A stretch of 63,361 nucleotides of DNA, counting the filler, from Rozella allomycis CSF55 (taxonomy: Eukaryota), in assembly GCA_000442015.1 (NCBI GenBank). It is 6 parts of 6 records of this genome, joined end to end, with 100 filler letters (N's around TTAATTAATTAA, not from the genome) between each part and the next. Parts side by side here need not be neighbours in the genome. Positions count along the whole stretch, not along the records: positions 1 to 11,548 come from KE561008.1; positions 11,649 to 35,862 come from KE561009.1; 4 more parts are not named here. The stretch is one strand, 5' to 3'. A program made the translations under genes and the position numbers. This document shows, piece after piece, positions 1 through 12,852 of this stretch. The notes beneath the pieces were generated by a model. That model saw only the letters and a list, made by a program, of their open reading frames with translations. It had not been told where the DNA came from and searched no databases. Each line of letters opens with the position of its first letter. Within the stretch, counting starts at the first letter, position 1.

Positions 1-342
1 TAATCTTCAGGTCATATGGCTGTTGTTTGTGATGAGAATGGAGCATCGATAGGCATTATAACCCTGGAAGATGTCATTGAAGAAATGATTCAAGAAGAAA
101 TTATTGATGAAACGGATAGATACATAGACATTCAAAAGAAAATAGAGGTTGATAGGTTTAGTGATTATTATGAAACAGATCATTTACTTGCCTGTCATGA
201 TCACATCACTATAAACAATTCGCCGCTTATGTCCGCTTCTCCTAATCTTCCACCTGAAGGTTTTGGAAGAAGAAAAGGGAGAAACACAATTGACACGAAA
301 CCGCTGACTGCAGAGGAGCTAAAGAAGCTAAGATTAAAATAA
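1..342 (+). CDS. 3' end of CNNM/Mam3-like (DUF21 + CBS pair) metal transporter
   Basis: GHMAVV...IGIITLEDVIEEMIQEEIIDETD is the second CBS repeat signature of the CNNM/Mam3 family; 5' part lies outside the window. Confidence 0.85.
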
Positions 343-484
343 ACATTTCTTAATTTTGTGTCGTTCATACTTTGAAGGAAATTATTTAGTTCGCGAAAGA
401 AATCTCTAAAATAAATTGATTGATAAACATTTGATGCTTACATTAAAGTATTTATTAAATTAAACAAAAGTTGACTGCCATGAA

Positions 485-1363
485 TTAGAATGGATGAAAA
501 GACCCCGAATTTTGTATAGAACTTGAAGATTGATTCTTTTGAGGGAAATTGAATGCCCTTATTGACATTCTCCTTCCTTGACTGTTTTGAATTCTAGATG
601 CTGCTTCGGCTAAAAGCTTAGCCTTATTTGCCCCTTGCAAAACAGCTTAAATTTATGTTTAAATTGTTATTTTACTCTGCCTTTCTTGCCTGATTGTTCC
701 ATTCAGCTGAATAAAGAAATCCAATGAGCTTTTAACATCACGAATCAAATCATAGAGTAAATCTGATTGGCTCATTAATGAATGCCAGTATAAGAGTGGT
801 TGAGTTTCAAAATCTGATACGGTGCCGTTGCTAAACTGAAATAGAAGTCGGGAATCCGAAATGGATATTAATCTTTGAACATGAGAATTTCTTCTTTGTA
901 CAATCATGCAGCTCCAATTCTATGAACAATTTTAGATTATGTTACATCGTTAACAAGAATTCCTATTCGCCCATTTTTGTAGCCGACAATTATGACATTA
1001 TCGATGTGACAAAGCGCAGTAATTGGAGAACAATTCCTTGCATTGCTGCATGTGTGAATTTCCATCTGCATCTTTTCATTTATGAAAGATGGGCTCAGCT
1101 TGGAGACAGATCCATCAATATGACCACTAATTTATGAATGAAATCCTCAAAATACGCATAAAGACAATTATCAAAGGCGGAAATTACTGTTATTTCATTC
1201 AATGATTCAGTTATTGATATCCTCTCCTTTAATTCAGATGCCGCCTCTTTGGATATGAACCCAACTTTCGAGTCTTAAATGTAATCGCCCAAAAAATGTT
1301 ACCATACGTTGAAAAGCCAATATAATCAGCATTTATATCTATCAGATACTGAATGTTCTCCAT
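485..1363 (-). CDS. hypothetical protein with WD40/beta-propeller-like segments (multi-exon)
   Basis: Manual splicing of ~30-nt GT-AG introns gives a continuous ORF from ATG 1363 to TAA 485 with LYAGHIDGSVSK and ITALCHIDNVIIVGYKNGRIGI. Confidence 0.5.
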
Positions 1364-1417
1364 GAGTGGCTTGATTTCGTGACTTTCAATAAGGCCCTTT
1401 AATATGAAATTTCAAAA

Positions 1418-2849
1418 ATGTCTTTGCAGAGATTTATTTATGAAAATCTCTGTCTTTTAGACTTTGAAGAATATATCAAGTCAAAAAAGGGAATCAATAT
1501 TGAGGAATTTAATGAGTCTTTTCTGAAAAAGACAAACGCAAAAATTATTGAAACAGTCTTATTCTTTCTATTTGAGTTATATGACAAAAATGAATGCCAT
1601 AAAAAATTTCATAGCTGTTATCCTGTATACGATAGATTACAAGTAAGAGAGTTTAGGAATGTTGCTTTCAAATGGGTAGACGAACTCAAGAAAAATCAAA
1701 ATGCCATTCCATCTTCAATTCCAATTAGGCGTTCGTTCTTTGATGATACAAAAGGTGAAAGGTAATAATTTTCTTATGCATTTGTCTGATTTGAGCAATT
1801 TCTATTCTATTTTTCAAAATTTGTACTGGAATATTGCGCCAATGCTCTGTTCGATATTCGCATAGATGGTATTCGTTTATGTCTCTATGAATTATAGATA
1901 TTGAACTTGAAACAAATGCCCTGAAGCTTGAAATATCTCGACAAGAACGAATTTACAAAGACGAACTAGGCGCGCATCAAGAAATTATGAACAAATATGA
2001 TGAATTTAAGAACTTTCTGATTACAGAATATAAAAATATTGTAACCAAAATGGTATTAAATTTTGTCTATTTAAATTTCAGAAATCCATTTCCCGGGTTG
2101 TGAAACGCTTTGAAAACCAGGTTGAAAAAGAAATAGAGATAACCAATTGTTTAAAAAACATTCAAAGTTTGCAAAACATTTGGAAAAAGATTCATTACAT
2201 CTTGGAAACCGTTATTCCCAATAAAGGTATGAGGGTAAAATAGGCGACAAAAGAATCTATAATAAATATAATGGATAGAAAACCGCTATATTTAACCAAG
2301 ATACCGGGAATCGACTCTAATATAGATTTGAACGATTTTATAAGCCATTATATTGCCTGGGTTGAACGACTTGAAAAAAATGTGGACTTGACTACTACGG
2401 ACACGAATACCAATGTCAATTATCAATACGATGATGATTTGAAGCAATTGATGCTTAAAATGAGGGAACAATGCGATAAATCAGAAAAGTTCATAACAAG
2501 GGCTTTATCAAGGTACAATTCTTTTCGACATTTGAAAAGGGTTAGTTTGAAGAGTAAAAATACAACATTTAACATTCCTCCTTCGCCATTTGTCAATCTT
2601 GATAGTAATGATGGAGTAAACTCGTTAAACCAACAACATGCCCTTCAACTTAGATCATTATTCTTAATGAATGAATCAAGTGAAAACAAAGAAGCTTTGA
2701 ATTCGCATACAAAGGCAGGTAGAAAATCAGATTTCAATTTATACAACAATGAAGTTATGAATTCTCCTTTAAAGCAACACTTCAATGATTTTAACTTGGA
2801 ATTTGAGCCACAACCTGAATTTTGCAACATTGAACTTGAAATGTATTGA
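1418..2849 (+). CDS. HAUS6: HAUS augmin-like complex subunit 6
   Basis: N-terminal LCLLDF...LFFLFELYD...KFHSCYPVYDRLQVREFRNVAFKWVDELKK...IRRSFFDD.KGERFEQFL matches the HAUS6 N-terminal domain; about 4 short introns. Confidence 0.75.
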
Positions 2850-2892
2850 AAATAAATATTGCCAAATTTTTGTTTATTTTTGCTTTCTTTAG

Positions 2893-4855
2893 ATGACTTT
2901 TGTTACTTATTCTATTTCGCCTTCGATTCAAAAAAATAACAGAAAGCAAACAAACTCACAGGACTCTTTAACTGCCAGCAGTTGTACTCAAATGATTAAA
3001 CATATACAGCAAACTAGATTGCTTTGTGAAAGTCTAGTGCAAACAACATCATCATGGATAGATTCTATCAATAACAATTCAATGAATATTAATAAACTTA
3101 AAGAAAAGAATTTGGAGCAAACGAAATTGATTGAGCGTATTATTGAAACTCTTCAAAATAACCCGGAAAAGGTAGAAACAGTGCACGGGTTTGAAAGGTA
3201 TTCAATAACATTTCCAATAAAAAGATCAGAGCCAAAATATGAAGAATATTCATATTTTGACAAAATTCAAATGCCTGTAGGTGTAAAAGCGCTTTATGAC
3301 TCTTGTCATGGTTTACCAATTACCCGCCGTGGAAAAATTTGACCGCTTTCGCGAGGATGGTAAGGTATCAACAGAACTTTATAGCCATCCTCAATTTTTC
3401 TTTGAAAGTTGGAAATCTAGCATGTCGATACAACAGAGAAAAACCAAACGGGAGAGGATAACATCAGATGCAAGTAAAAGTACATCAATGAGGATTTCTG
3501 CAAACATCAAAGATTTAGAAATCAAGAAATACAGCTCGACGGGAGAATCCTATTCATTGAAAATTAAACCCTCTGAACCGAGAGATAGCATACTAATGAA
3601 TAGAGAAAATAGTAGCCCCAGTAAAATACCTGATAGCAGTCAATTATTCACTGCTCAAAATGATAGCCATGAAGAAAATATGACATCAATTAAAGTTAGT
3701 AATCTAAAGACGGAAGTAAATAGTGAGAAATTCGAGGCTACTGACAAGAGAAACATTGGTGATAGTATTTCTGGTTCAAGCATTAATGTTAATTACAAAC
3801 AAAATCATTTTAAGCGAGAGAATGTTCCAGTTAATAGACAGGAAGATCAACAAGAATATCAAAATTCATTAAAAACAGATCAATTTCAAGTACCCAATGC
3901 TAAAGAATCGGAATCCATTGCAGTTGCTCCAAGAAACAAATTGACAAGCCATCAATTTGATTATAATGAAGTAGGTCATGGGCTATTAAACAACGACTTA
4001 CTACCAAATACGAAATATAGTTCTCCTGAGATTGCAAAAGAAAATAACTTGAACATTGATAATAATTTGTATATAAATACTGATGACTATAATTCCATTC
4101 AATCTTTACATAATCAGGCTCTTAATCAGTTTCCCAATGAAACAAATTCAAATGAACCTGCTTACTATGATGAATATTCTTTCATTGACCACAACCCGAA
4201 ATTCGAATCTAGAACTGAACATAATGATCAAGATTTTTATAAAAACGAAGAAGACTTCACATCTACTGTCGAGAATCATGAAAATAACCTTGTCACAGAA
4301 CCCTACGAATATAATCATGAAATAACACTAATAAATGATTACAATCATACACAACAAGTAACCGGCGTTACTTTGGAATATCAAAATGAGACCTTCAGTT
4401 ACAACAACAATGAATCACAATACGAACACGAAAATAACTACAATGATTATGGGATCCGGCAAAATGTTAATGAAACATTTCAACAAAATGCCAGCTACAA
4501 TGCATTCCAAAATCAGCCAGACGCATTTCAAGAAAAGATCAATTACGAACAACCAGAAATCCCGACAATACTTACTAATAGTCACTACTATCAAACGTCT
4601 ATTTCCGAACTTCCAAATCCATTGGTCAACGATATTCAATATTCAGAAAACATAATCGAGGAAGCAAAAAGTATCGACCCTAGAAATAAGCTTTTGGAAT
4701 CAATTCGAGGCAAAAACATTCAATTGAAGAAAGTTGAACAACCTTCTCCAAAAACTAGTGAATCTAGAAAAAATGATGTTGCCGCTATATTAATGCGAAG
4801 AGCTGCGATGGAAGCAAGCGATTCAGAAGACGGATCCGATGAAGATTGGAAATAA
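2893..4855 (+). CDS. WAVE/SCAR-family Arp2/3 nucleation-promoting factor (frameshift at ~3313-3319)
   Basis: SCAR homology domain MPVGVKALYDSC..LP....RFREDGK...LYSHPQFFFESWK; C-terminal WH2 (RNKLLESIRGKNIQLKKV), central NDVAAILMRRAAME and acidic DEDWK. Confidence 0.85.
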
Positions 4856-4938
4856 ACTATTCCTCATTTACATTCGTTAAACATTCTAAACTTAATAATA
4901 TTGAAAAGATTAAATACAAGCGATATTGTAATGATTGT

Positions 4939-6104
4939 TTATTTGAGAAATCCGATTAATGAGAAAACACACTCGATTGAAATAAGAATAATAATGGCCC
5001 ACTCCATGTTATCAGTATGTTTTTGACGCAAATGATTTTGAAGGACCTGGACTATTTCATTTGCATAATCAAGTTTCCTATTGAGCGTCATAGTGCGAGA
5101 TTTTAAATCGAGGACCCTTGAAACCTTATTATAAAGTTCTTCCAAGTTGGGTTCACTCCAATAAACATCAGGAGTTCCCAAAAATTCAGAATGTAAATTA
5201 AGATTCGCGCGGAAGGAAAGCAATTCACCAATTTTAGCAAGCGCCTGATAACGATTAAGAGTAATTCTGTTTTTGGCTTTCAACATTTCGGGAATTTCAC
5301 GGACACTTTCAATATATTTTTCGAGTAAAATTTCAAGGGCTCCTAGCTTCACTGAATTTGATATGCCATGAGACAGCGCCAACTTATTTCTGAAGATTTC
5401 GGCGCTTTCGGCATTCGAACAGAGAACAATTGAATCTCCACTCAAACCAGATGTACTATTTGATTGATTGGATCGTTTTACCCATTATTGGAAGGCTTGT
5501 ATGTCAATTCTTCAGTTTCAATTTCAGGGTACGAATCTATCTCGTGTTCTTTGATTTCTCTGAGCAGGCGCATAGATGTGGCATCATCTACATCCCACAT
5601 GATCATGGATCCCGCCTTAAAGTAAAAAACTTCACCTTGCGTTTCCTCTTTTGTCATTGGATCAAGAAGCTTAATATGATAAATGTCATTGAAGTATTGT
5701 GGAGAAAGAATAAAGTTCCGTTGTAAATAAGGTAAGAGAGTTTCAAAATTGTATTCCAAAGCTGTGCCAAATGCTTTTACCATTTTCAACTAGTTTTTGA
5801 ATTACGTTTTGAATACTTGGTCTGTTGATTCGACAGGGTTTGGGATTCTACGCTTTTTCGGTGTTTTCGTTTTAAATGTAGGAATTGGCAATTGTTGAGA
5901 AGTAATGTCTTGTTCATCTACATCTTCTACATTCACTCCCTTATTCTTTGGCAGAGAATATAATCGAATGGGAAGTAACGTTGACTTGGTACTTAAGGAT
6001 AATATGCTTACTGCTGGTTTATATATCTTTGGAATACTAGTAAGAGAGTAGTGAGTGCGATGAAATACTCTGGGTGAGAATATACTTTGGCAAATCTTAT
6101 TCAT
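4939..6104 (-). CDS. RMND1/Rmd1-like DUF155 protein, probably mitochondrial
   Basis: GEVFYFKAGSMIMW, KLALSHGISNSVKLGALE, GTPDVYWSEPNLEELY...LDLKSR...LNRKLDYA...MEWAIIILISIE; basic/hydroxyl-rich N-terminal presequence-like region; 2 introns. Confidence 0.85.
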
Positions 6105-6260
6105 ATGTGGCTTGTTGTGCCAAAAAATTAGGCAACTGACAAATCTTATTGCATTTTNGCATTTTAATCTGCACGGAAAATCAGAGATTAACATAAAAAG
6201 GGATGCAGAGTCATGCAGTTAAAAGTAGTATGATAAAATAAAAGAAATTGTGAATAATGT

Positions 6261-9200
6261 TTATTTGTGTTTCGCTTTATCTTTTTTGCTACTTTTGCCT
6301 TTTAATTTGACAACAGATGACTGACAACCATCGATTTTGATTTCAAGATCTCCTTCATATTCACACTTGTCTTGATTTGGTGTCATTTTAATAATGAATG
6401 GTTTCAGAGAATTTGGCTCAATCTCGAAAGATTTAGCCTCCAATGAAAAAGTTGTAACATTTAAACTAGAGCCATTTTCATTAGAACTTTGATCCTCTAA
6501 ATTTTCTTTCTTTTCTTTATCCTTCTTTTCCTTTTCATTTTCTTTGCTTTTAATTTGAACATTAATAATAGAAAATGTGCCTTTTAAAAATGCATTACAA
6601 GTATTTCGAATATTAATCTGCTTTTCAACAGTGTCTGAAACTGCGACGTCACCAAAGGAAACCAAATTATTGTCGACTTCAATTTGATAAGAGCCTTGAA
6701 TAGCTGCTCCGGTTAAGTATAATCGAATATTTTCGTCTTGATTGATTTGAAGAAACAATTCATCTAAATCTCTAGTCATTGTAGAAGGGAAATATGAAAT
6801 CTTCAAAGTGAATTTAGAAAGAGGAGGAATTGTTCTATTAGCGTTGACCATTTCGAATGGACCTAAAGGATTTAATGGGACTACTCCAAGGGTTTGAGGG
6901 TCGTTTGACAAATTTTCAATGGTCAAGGATTCAATGATTCTTGTTGAACAAGGGATGACACCAAAATCTAAAACATTATTCTTTATTGGATTCTTTGAAA
7001 ATGATAATTTGAAAGAAGGATTTTGAATTTTGAACGAAACATGTACAGGAAAACAGGAGGTTTGTCTTTCACCCACTTGATCAATAAAGTCTAGATAGCA
7101 AGGGATTGTTAATTTTATATTGGAACTTGAAAGATTTTCTGTATTATTTTCAACTTTGAGATTTTCTAGTTGCTTATCACCTCCATTGTCACTCTCTTTG
7201 CGCAAACTAACTGATTGTCTCCGCTCCATTACAGAAGACCTTCGATGAGACTTTGTGTGCCTTTTTAAGTTTAAATCTGGAATTGCATCTTCATTTTGAA
7301 GTGGCTTTTGAGCCAACTCCATATTAGGCATTTCAATGTCGTGGCCTTCATACAGCTTTAATGGTTGTTCGTTTAGTAGAAGAGACGCAGAAATATAAAC
7401 CGCCTTTGTTTGTCCTTTGAAAAGTTTCCCGTTCGTCGGAAAAATTGTAATTTTTATATTTTGGGAGTCAGGTGAAGCAAATACAAAATCACATTCATCA
7501 GAAAATGTATTTTGCATTAATATAGTGTCTTCTTTTAATACATGATGAGAAATAATCCCGAAATTCAGGTTTTTATTGAATTTGATTGGAGAATCCACTA
7601 TTGTCGCCTTCAACGGTATTTTAACATTTGTTTCAGATTTTAATTTTAATGAAATTTTAGATTGATCTAAATCCGTATCCTTCGTTTCATCTTTGTTTAA
7701 TATCAAATTTAATGAAATGAATCCCGTAAATTTTCCTTCTTTTTTCTCTTTAAAATAAAATGGAATTTCGATTGATGATTTTGAATTTATTTTTGCATTT
7801 TCTTTAATCAAGGGAGACCAAACTTGAGATGGAAAAGATTTTAATGAAATTTCAAAATCAAGGAGCGAAGGATTGTATAATTTTAATAAAGATTTGACAT
7901 TTTCTCTTGAATCTAAAACCCCAAAGTCTATTATTTTGGGCTCATGATTGATTTTAATTTCTGTAGTGCATCCACATAGATTTATAATCATTTCCGCGGG
8001 GTAGCAATTGGGAAACAAAATTTTAGCCATAAAATCAAATTTAGAGTTCAAATTATCCACTTTATGTTTTTCAAATCTTACTTTGTGCTTTACTTTAACT
8101 GCTAATGAACCCTTTGGTTGGATCATCCCATTGAACGGAAAAAACTCAAAATGTGAAATTGCATCATTTTTTAAAGGAAGAATATTAAAGTTTACCATTT
8201 TCAAACTATTATTAATTATAACAAATTCTCTGGTAACATCTTGTTTCGAATGACATATACCAAAGTCTAATTTGGAGTTTTCAATCGTGACATCAAACGG
8301 CACGCAATCGCCACAAATTTCAATTTCGTTTCCTTCAAAGTTATTGACCACGGAACTAATTAATATTTTATCTTTAAACTGGCCCAATTCTTTTGCTGCC
8401 AACGAGAATTGAAAATCGTTCAAGGGAGTAATTAGAGTTTTATTTGTTTCAGGAATAGTAAATTTCAAGCTCTTCATCAATACGTTGATGTCAAATCCTT
8501 CGAGTTTGTCCAAATCAACGTCCTTCAAATCTTTAATACAAAACTCTTTAATTTTATCTAAATAAACTTCCCCGACATTAATTTGCTTTGGAAAATCAAA
8601 ACTGAACATCTTTGGTTTTACTGAAATTAAAAATACATGCTGTTGAAATTCAGTCGCCAAATTTGCTTTATTAGAAAAATATTCTGCCATTAAAATGATT
8701 CTGGTCGAAATTTCTTCTTCTTCTGAATTTAAAAAAGTCAATGAAATTTTTGTGCTAAAGCCAGGATGTAAAGTCATTGGAAAATTGCATTCAATGTTAA
8801 GTAAATCAGAAACCTCTAGCGGAACTCTAATTGCTTTTAAAACTATTGATTCTTTTGATGAATTTGTTATTGAAATCATTTTATTCACTCTTGTTTCCTT
8901 TTCATATTCGTTTATTATCAATTGGCGCGGCATAAATGTTAATGTTTCATTCTCGTTTTTATTCTTATTGTTTTCAATCCTGCAATACATTAATGGGGCC
9001 TATTTATTTTTTGTAACTCTTTTACTGGGCCTAACACTGGAGCGGTTTTGATTTTGGTTAAAACATCTTTATCGTCATATTTCTCTTCTGCATCACCATC
9101 TCCGATTTCTTTTTTAATATTTTTATCTTCTTTAACAATTTTAGCTTCTTTAACATTTTTATCTTCGTTAACAATTTTAGCGTCTTTAACAGTTTTGTCT

Positions 9201-10314
9201 TCATTAAAATGTTTTTCTGTTTCAAACTTTAATTTCACTTTGCTTTCTATTCCGAAAACTCTGGTTGCTATTTCATTCAATTTTTCTTCTCTCTGTTCTT
9301 TTTCTCTTCTCATTTCTCTTTCTTTTTTTCTTCTCGACTTGTTTATATTAATAAAATCGTCCAAATTCAACTTTGAAACTTCTTGTTTATTGAATTCGTC
9401 AATTAACCTTTGTTCAAATTCTTTTTCCTTTTCTAAACTCTCTTTAAGTTTTTTAGACATCTTCGCTTTCGCTTTATTCATAATCAATTCCACTTTTAAT
9501 TTGTTTTCCCTTCTCTTGTCAATCTCTTTGATTCTCTCACGTTTCATTAACTCGAGTTTTTCATGTCTCTTTGATACCAACTAGTATTTAATTACCATTT
9601 TTAAATATTTATTCGCTCTTTCCTCTGCTTCCATTCTCTTCAAATTGTTGTCCTTTTCTTTCTTCTTCTCTACCTCGTTTGGCTCTTCTTCATACCCTTT
9701 TGTCAACTCTCTGGCCTTTTTTCCTCTTCTCACCTTTTGTACACTTCTAGTCTCCTCTTGTTTTGATATATCAAACGTTTTCTTTGTTCTTTTTTCCTTC
9801 CCAATCAAAATATCTATATTTGCTAATTCTTTTCTCTTCACAGATATGGCATTTTCTGTTTTGTGAATAATACTTTCAAGGGCTTTTATCTCCATAATCT
9901 TTGACTCTTTATCCATTTCATTATCCGTACTTAGCGTTGCCTTAATTTCTCTAATATTTTCCTTTATTAATCAACTAATTAATGTACCTGCAAATTTTGA
10001 AGCTCCATTTCACTTATTCGTATCTTTTTACAAACCTCATCTTTTTGGAATTCCAGCCCTGAAAAAGTGTGCATAATTTTATCATATTGTTTCTCTGTCT
10101 TGAAGTCGTTAGGGATTATATCCGGCAGAAATATATCAGAGCCATCAGAGTCGGCGTCACTATCCTCTTGATCAGTGACATTCTTATGTTGGTAAGTTTT
10201 ATTTTCATGTATTCCCTTTAGCGATTTGAAATNGTAAGTTTTAATTTCATGTATTCTCTTTAGCGATTTGAAATGTGATTGATCTGATTGTAAAGCTTGT
10301 TCTAAAGCAATCAT
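6261..10314 (-). CDS. CFAP74: CFAP74-like cilia/flagella protein (N-terminal coiled coil plus repeated ASH/Ig-like domains)
   Basis: Charged coiled-coil exons followed by 909 aa with repeated (L/I)DFG...ITN/IEN Ig-like units and PLNPLGPFEMVNA; ORFs joined by short introns such as gtaaaagagttacaaaaaataaatag near 9000-9025; start uncertain. Confidence 0.65.
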
Positions 10315-10390
10315 TGCAATGCTATGGTAACGACTACATGAATAGTGTAATGTAAATGGATGTTTAATTTAAATTTATTTTATTTGTTGA

Positions 10391-11548
10391 TTAGGTCATA
10401 TTTTCCAGGAATTCATCTAAATCTTTATTAAAAGACGCTTCATTGACATTCTGTAACAAGTGGCTTACAAATAATGACAGTTCTAGAGTGCAATCAATAT
10501 CTAATTTAGTGGATGTCATATTTATTAAATGATCGACAGACGAGACTTTTCTCACAAAGGCCAATATTTTAGGAATGCAAGTCGCTACAAAGTTATTCAT
10601 CACTACCATGTACAATTCTTTTTCTCCAAAGCAAACTCCATTGGCAATATTCTGTAATACTTTTGCGAGTACCGTTAAGTTACGAAAACAATATCTATTT
10701 AACGAGGCTTCTTTAAAACAAATTAATATTTTACTTATCCTTAGACTATGCAATTGAGGATTTAAAATAGCTGGACAAAAGAAACGAAGGAAAAGAAAAC
10801 AAGTTACTGAAATATGAGAATACTGGCTTGTACAATAATGAGACTCTATTTTAGTTCTAATCAAATAAAATAGCTTCTTTAATGAATCTGGCATTGAATT
10901 TGCACATTTGTATATTTTTGTGATCAATTCCATCCCGAAAACCTCCAATTGTTTCTTATTTTCATCTAGATTAGACTGGGAACAAAGTTGAGGGTTTATT
11001 TCAAAGCTTACCGCCGTTTTACAAACTTTGTCTATGAATGGTTGGATCATCTCTTTCAAATAATCTGAACCTGCAGTTGAAAGGTAATAGTCTATGACTT
11101 TTGTAGTAACGGAATTTCCCCTGAAAAGAACTTTGGGATCATCTGAGTAAGAAATCACAATTAAATTACGATTTTTTTCAAGTTCACAGTCCAATAAGTC
11201 ATCGATAATAGGAATGATTTTATTTTCATTTGTAAAGTATCTAACAAGAGGTAGAACAAGTGCCCTTTTGAAATTGTTGGCTTCATACAATGAAATCCAA
11301 AAATCACGTTCTTCGATAATAGATTTTATTTTATTTTTTTGGCGATCGTTAAGCATTTTTACAACAGTTTTCTGGATATTCAATTTGGCCCTCGCATTGG
11401 ACGGTAAAATCATTGTTCTCGCAATAATGTCAGACTGAAATTGATAGCATACATCCCATCCATTAAAAATGGAAGATATATCAAATACAGACTTTCCCAG
11501 CTTCAAATCGCCCCACTGACATTCAACAAAAAGTTCTTGGACTTTCAA
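10391..11548 (-). CDS. Ras GTPase-activating protein (RasGAP domain), 5' end lost in gap
   Basis: LFRGNS arginine finger, FLFLRFFCPAILNP signature, RNLTVLAKVLQNIAN, KELYM. Confidence 0.92.
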   Translation of the reverse strand: MKVQELFVECQWGDLKLGKSVFDISSIFNGWDVCYQFQSDIIARTMILPSNARAKLNIQKTVVKMLNDRQKNKIKSIIEERDFWISLYEANNFKRALVLPLVRYFTNENKIIPIIDDLLDCELEKNRNLIVISYSDDPKVLFRGNSVTTKVIDYYLSTAGSDYLKEMIQPFIDKVCKTAVSFEINPQLCSQSNLDENKKQLEVFGMELITKIYKCANSMPDSLKKLFYLIRTKIESHYCTSQYSHISVTCFLFLRFFCPAILNPQLHSLRISKILICFKEASLNRYCFRNLTVLAKVLQNIANGVCFGEKELYMVVMNNFVATCIPKILAFVRKVSSVDHLINMTSTKLDIDCTLELSLFVSHLLQNVNEASFNKDLDEFLENMT

Positions 11549-11648
11549 NNNNNNNNNNNNNNNNNNNNNNNNNNNNNNNNNNNNNNNNNNNNTTAATTAA
11601 TTAANNNNNNNNNNNNNNNNNNNNNNNNNNNNNNNNNNNNNNNNNNNN
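11549..11648. other. scaffold gap with TTAATTAATTAA stop linker (same at 35863-35962, 50262-50361, 56082-56181, 62211-62310)
   Basis: Identical N44-TTAATTAATTAA-N44 spacer five times; artificial. Confidence 0.97.
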
Positions 11649-11803
11649 AAAACGATCATTAAACAAATTTTAATATTTTAAACTATTGTTAAGTTATTGA
11701 AACTGATTTATAAACTACAATTATTATGAATTAACAATTATAGTCAAATGTAGACAAAAAGTGACATTTTATTAAATTATTCTGTTTTAGGTATTTAGTT
11801 CCA

Positions 11804-12838
11804 TTAATTAATTCTCAAAAACCGTATGGTCAGATTGTTTAGGCAAATCTTTATGGGACTTGTACCCATGCCAATATCCTTTATACCTGTATGTGACTTT
11901 ACAATAATATATTTACAAATCAGAGGTAGGATCATGTTCCTTATTCGCACATTTTTTCAATTTCTCGCTAATTTCCATAATACGCTCTTTCGGAGGCATG
12001 TAGCTTGATTGTATTTCATTTCTAATCTCTGCCATTATTCCCTCTAGTCTATTAAAATCACCCATATCCATTAAATATTCAGAATACCTTTTAGTGAATA
12101 TCTATAATTTTACTTTTTCATATCGACTTTATATTCATCAGCCGCTTGATACCAACAAGCAATAGCAATTTGTGCTGGGGAAAAGAGAAACTCTACATCT
12201 GTGGTCAAAGATCTGTTGGCTATTTTGCAAGCTTTGGAATACACTTGTTTTAAAATATCAGTTTTAACATTCATAAACTTTTGAACTTCAAGGTAAATGC
12301 CGTAAATTGGTTGGTAAGGGTGATGAACCAATAGATGAAAGTTCAGTTCATTAAATACAAAAAATTCCAACTCTAGAACCTAATGAATCGCTTAAATAAA
12401 TCTTACAATGTCAGATGAAATATTTTTGATCAGCTTAGTAAATTCATCAATATGACCAAAATGGACGTTACAAGATTTTGCAGCAATAAATAGACAGGCA
12501 GTCGTAATGTATTTTGGTTGATAATCCATGATTGAATGTTTTAGATAAAATCTTTTGAAAAATGTAGTAGTTGTTGCCTGTGGTTAGGTAAACTGCCACT
12601 TAATTACCATCGTTTTCAGATTGTATTTCATTTTCAAACAAATTTCTGGGATAAATTTGTGCACATAAAATGAAAGAAGGTCTCGCTCTTCATCAACAGT
12701 AAGAAAATCCTCTTGGTTGTCTTTGTAAAGGTGGGTCAATATATTCTTCACATTATCATGAACATTTTCTCGTTGTCGTAAAATGTGATCTTTCGAAGGA
12801 AAATGCCAATCCTTAAACTGTGTGGAGGACTCGAACAT
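11804..12838 (-). CDS. CCNH: cyclin H / Ccl1 (CAK/TFIIK cyclin)
   Basis: MFESSTQFKDWHF start, ATTTTFFKRFYLKHSIMDYQPKYITTACLFIAAK cyclin box, LNFHLLVHHPYQP, FLFSPAQIAIAC. Confidence 0.92.
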
Positions 12839-12852
12839 TGAAATTTTCTGAA

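Noticed and set aside
9048-9866. Long hydrophobic plus-strand ORFs (also 62386-63184, 21949-22449 and similar)
   Set aside because: Antisense shadows of K/E/N-rich coding sequence on the other strand.
11593-11604. TTAATTAATTAA repeated five times within N runs
   Set aside because: Artificial all-frame stop linker inserted between contigs.
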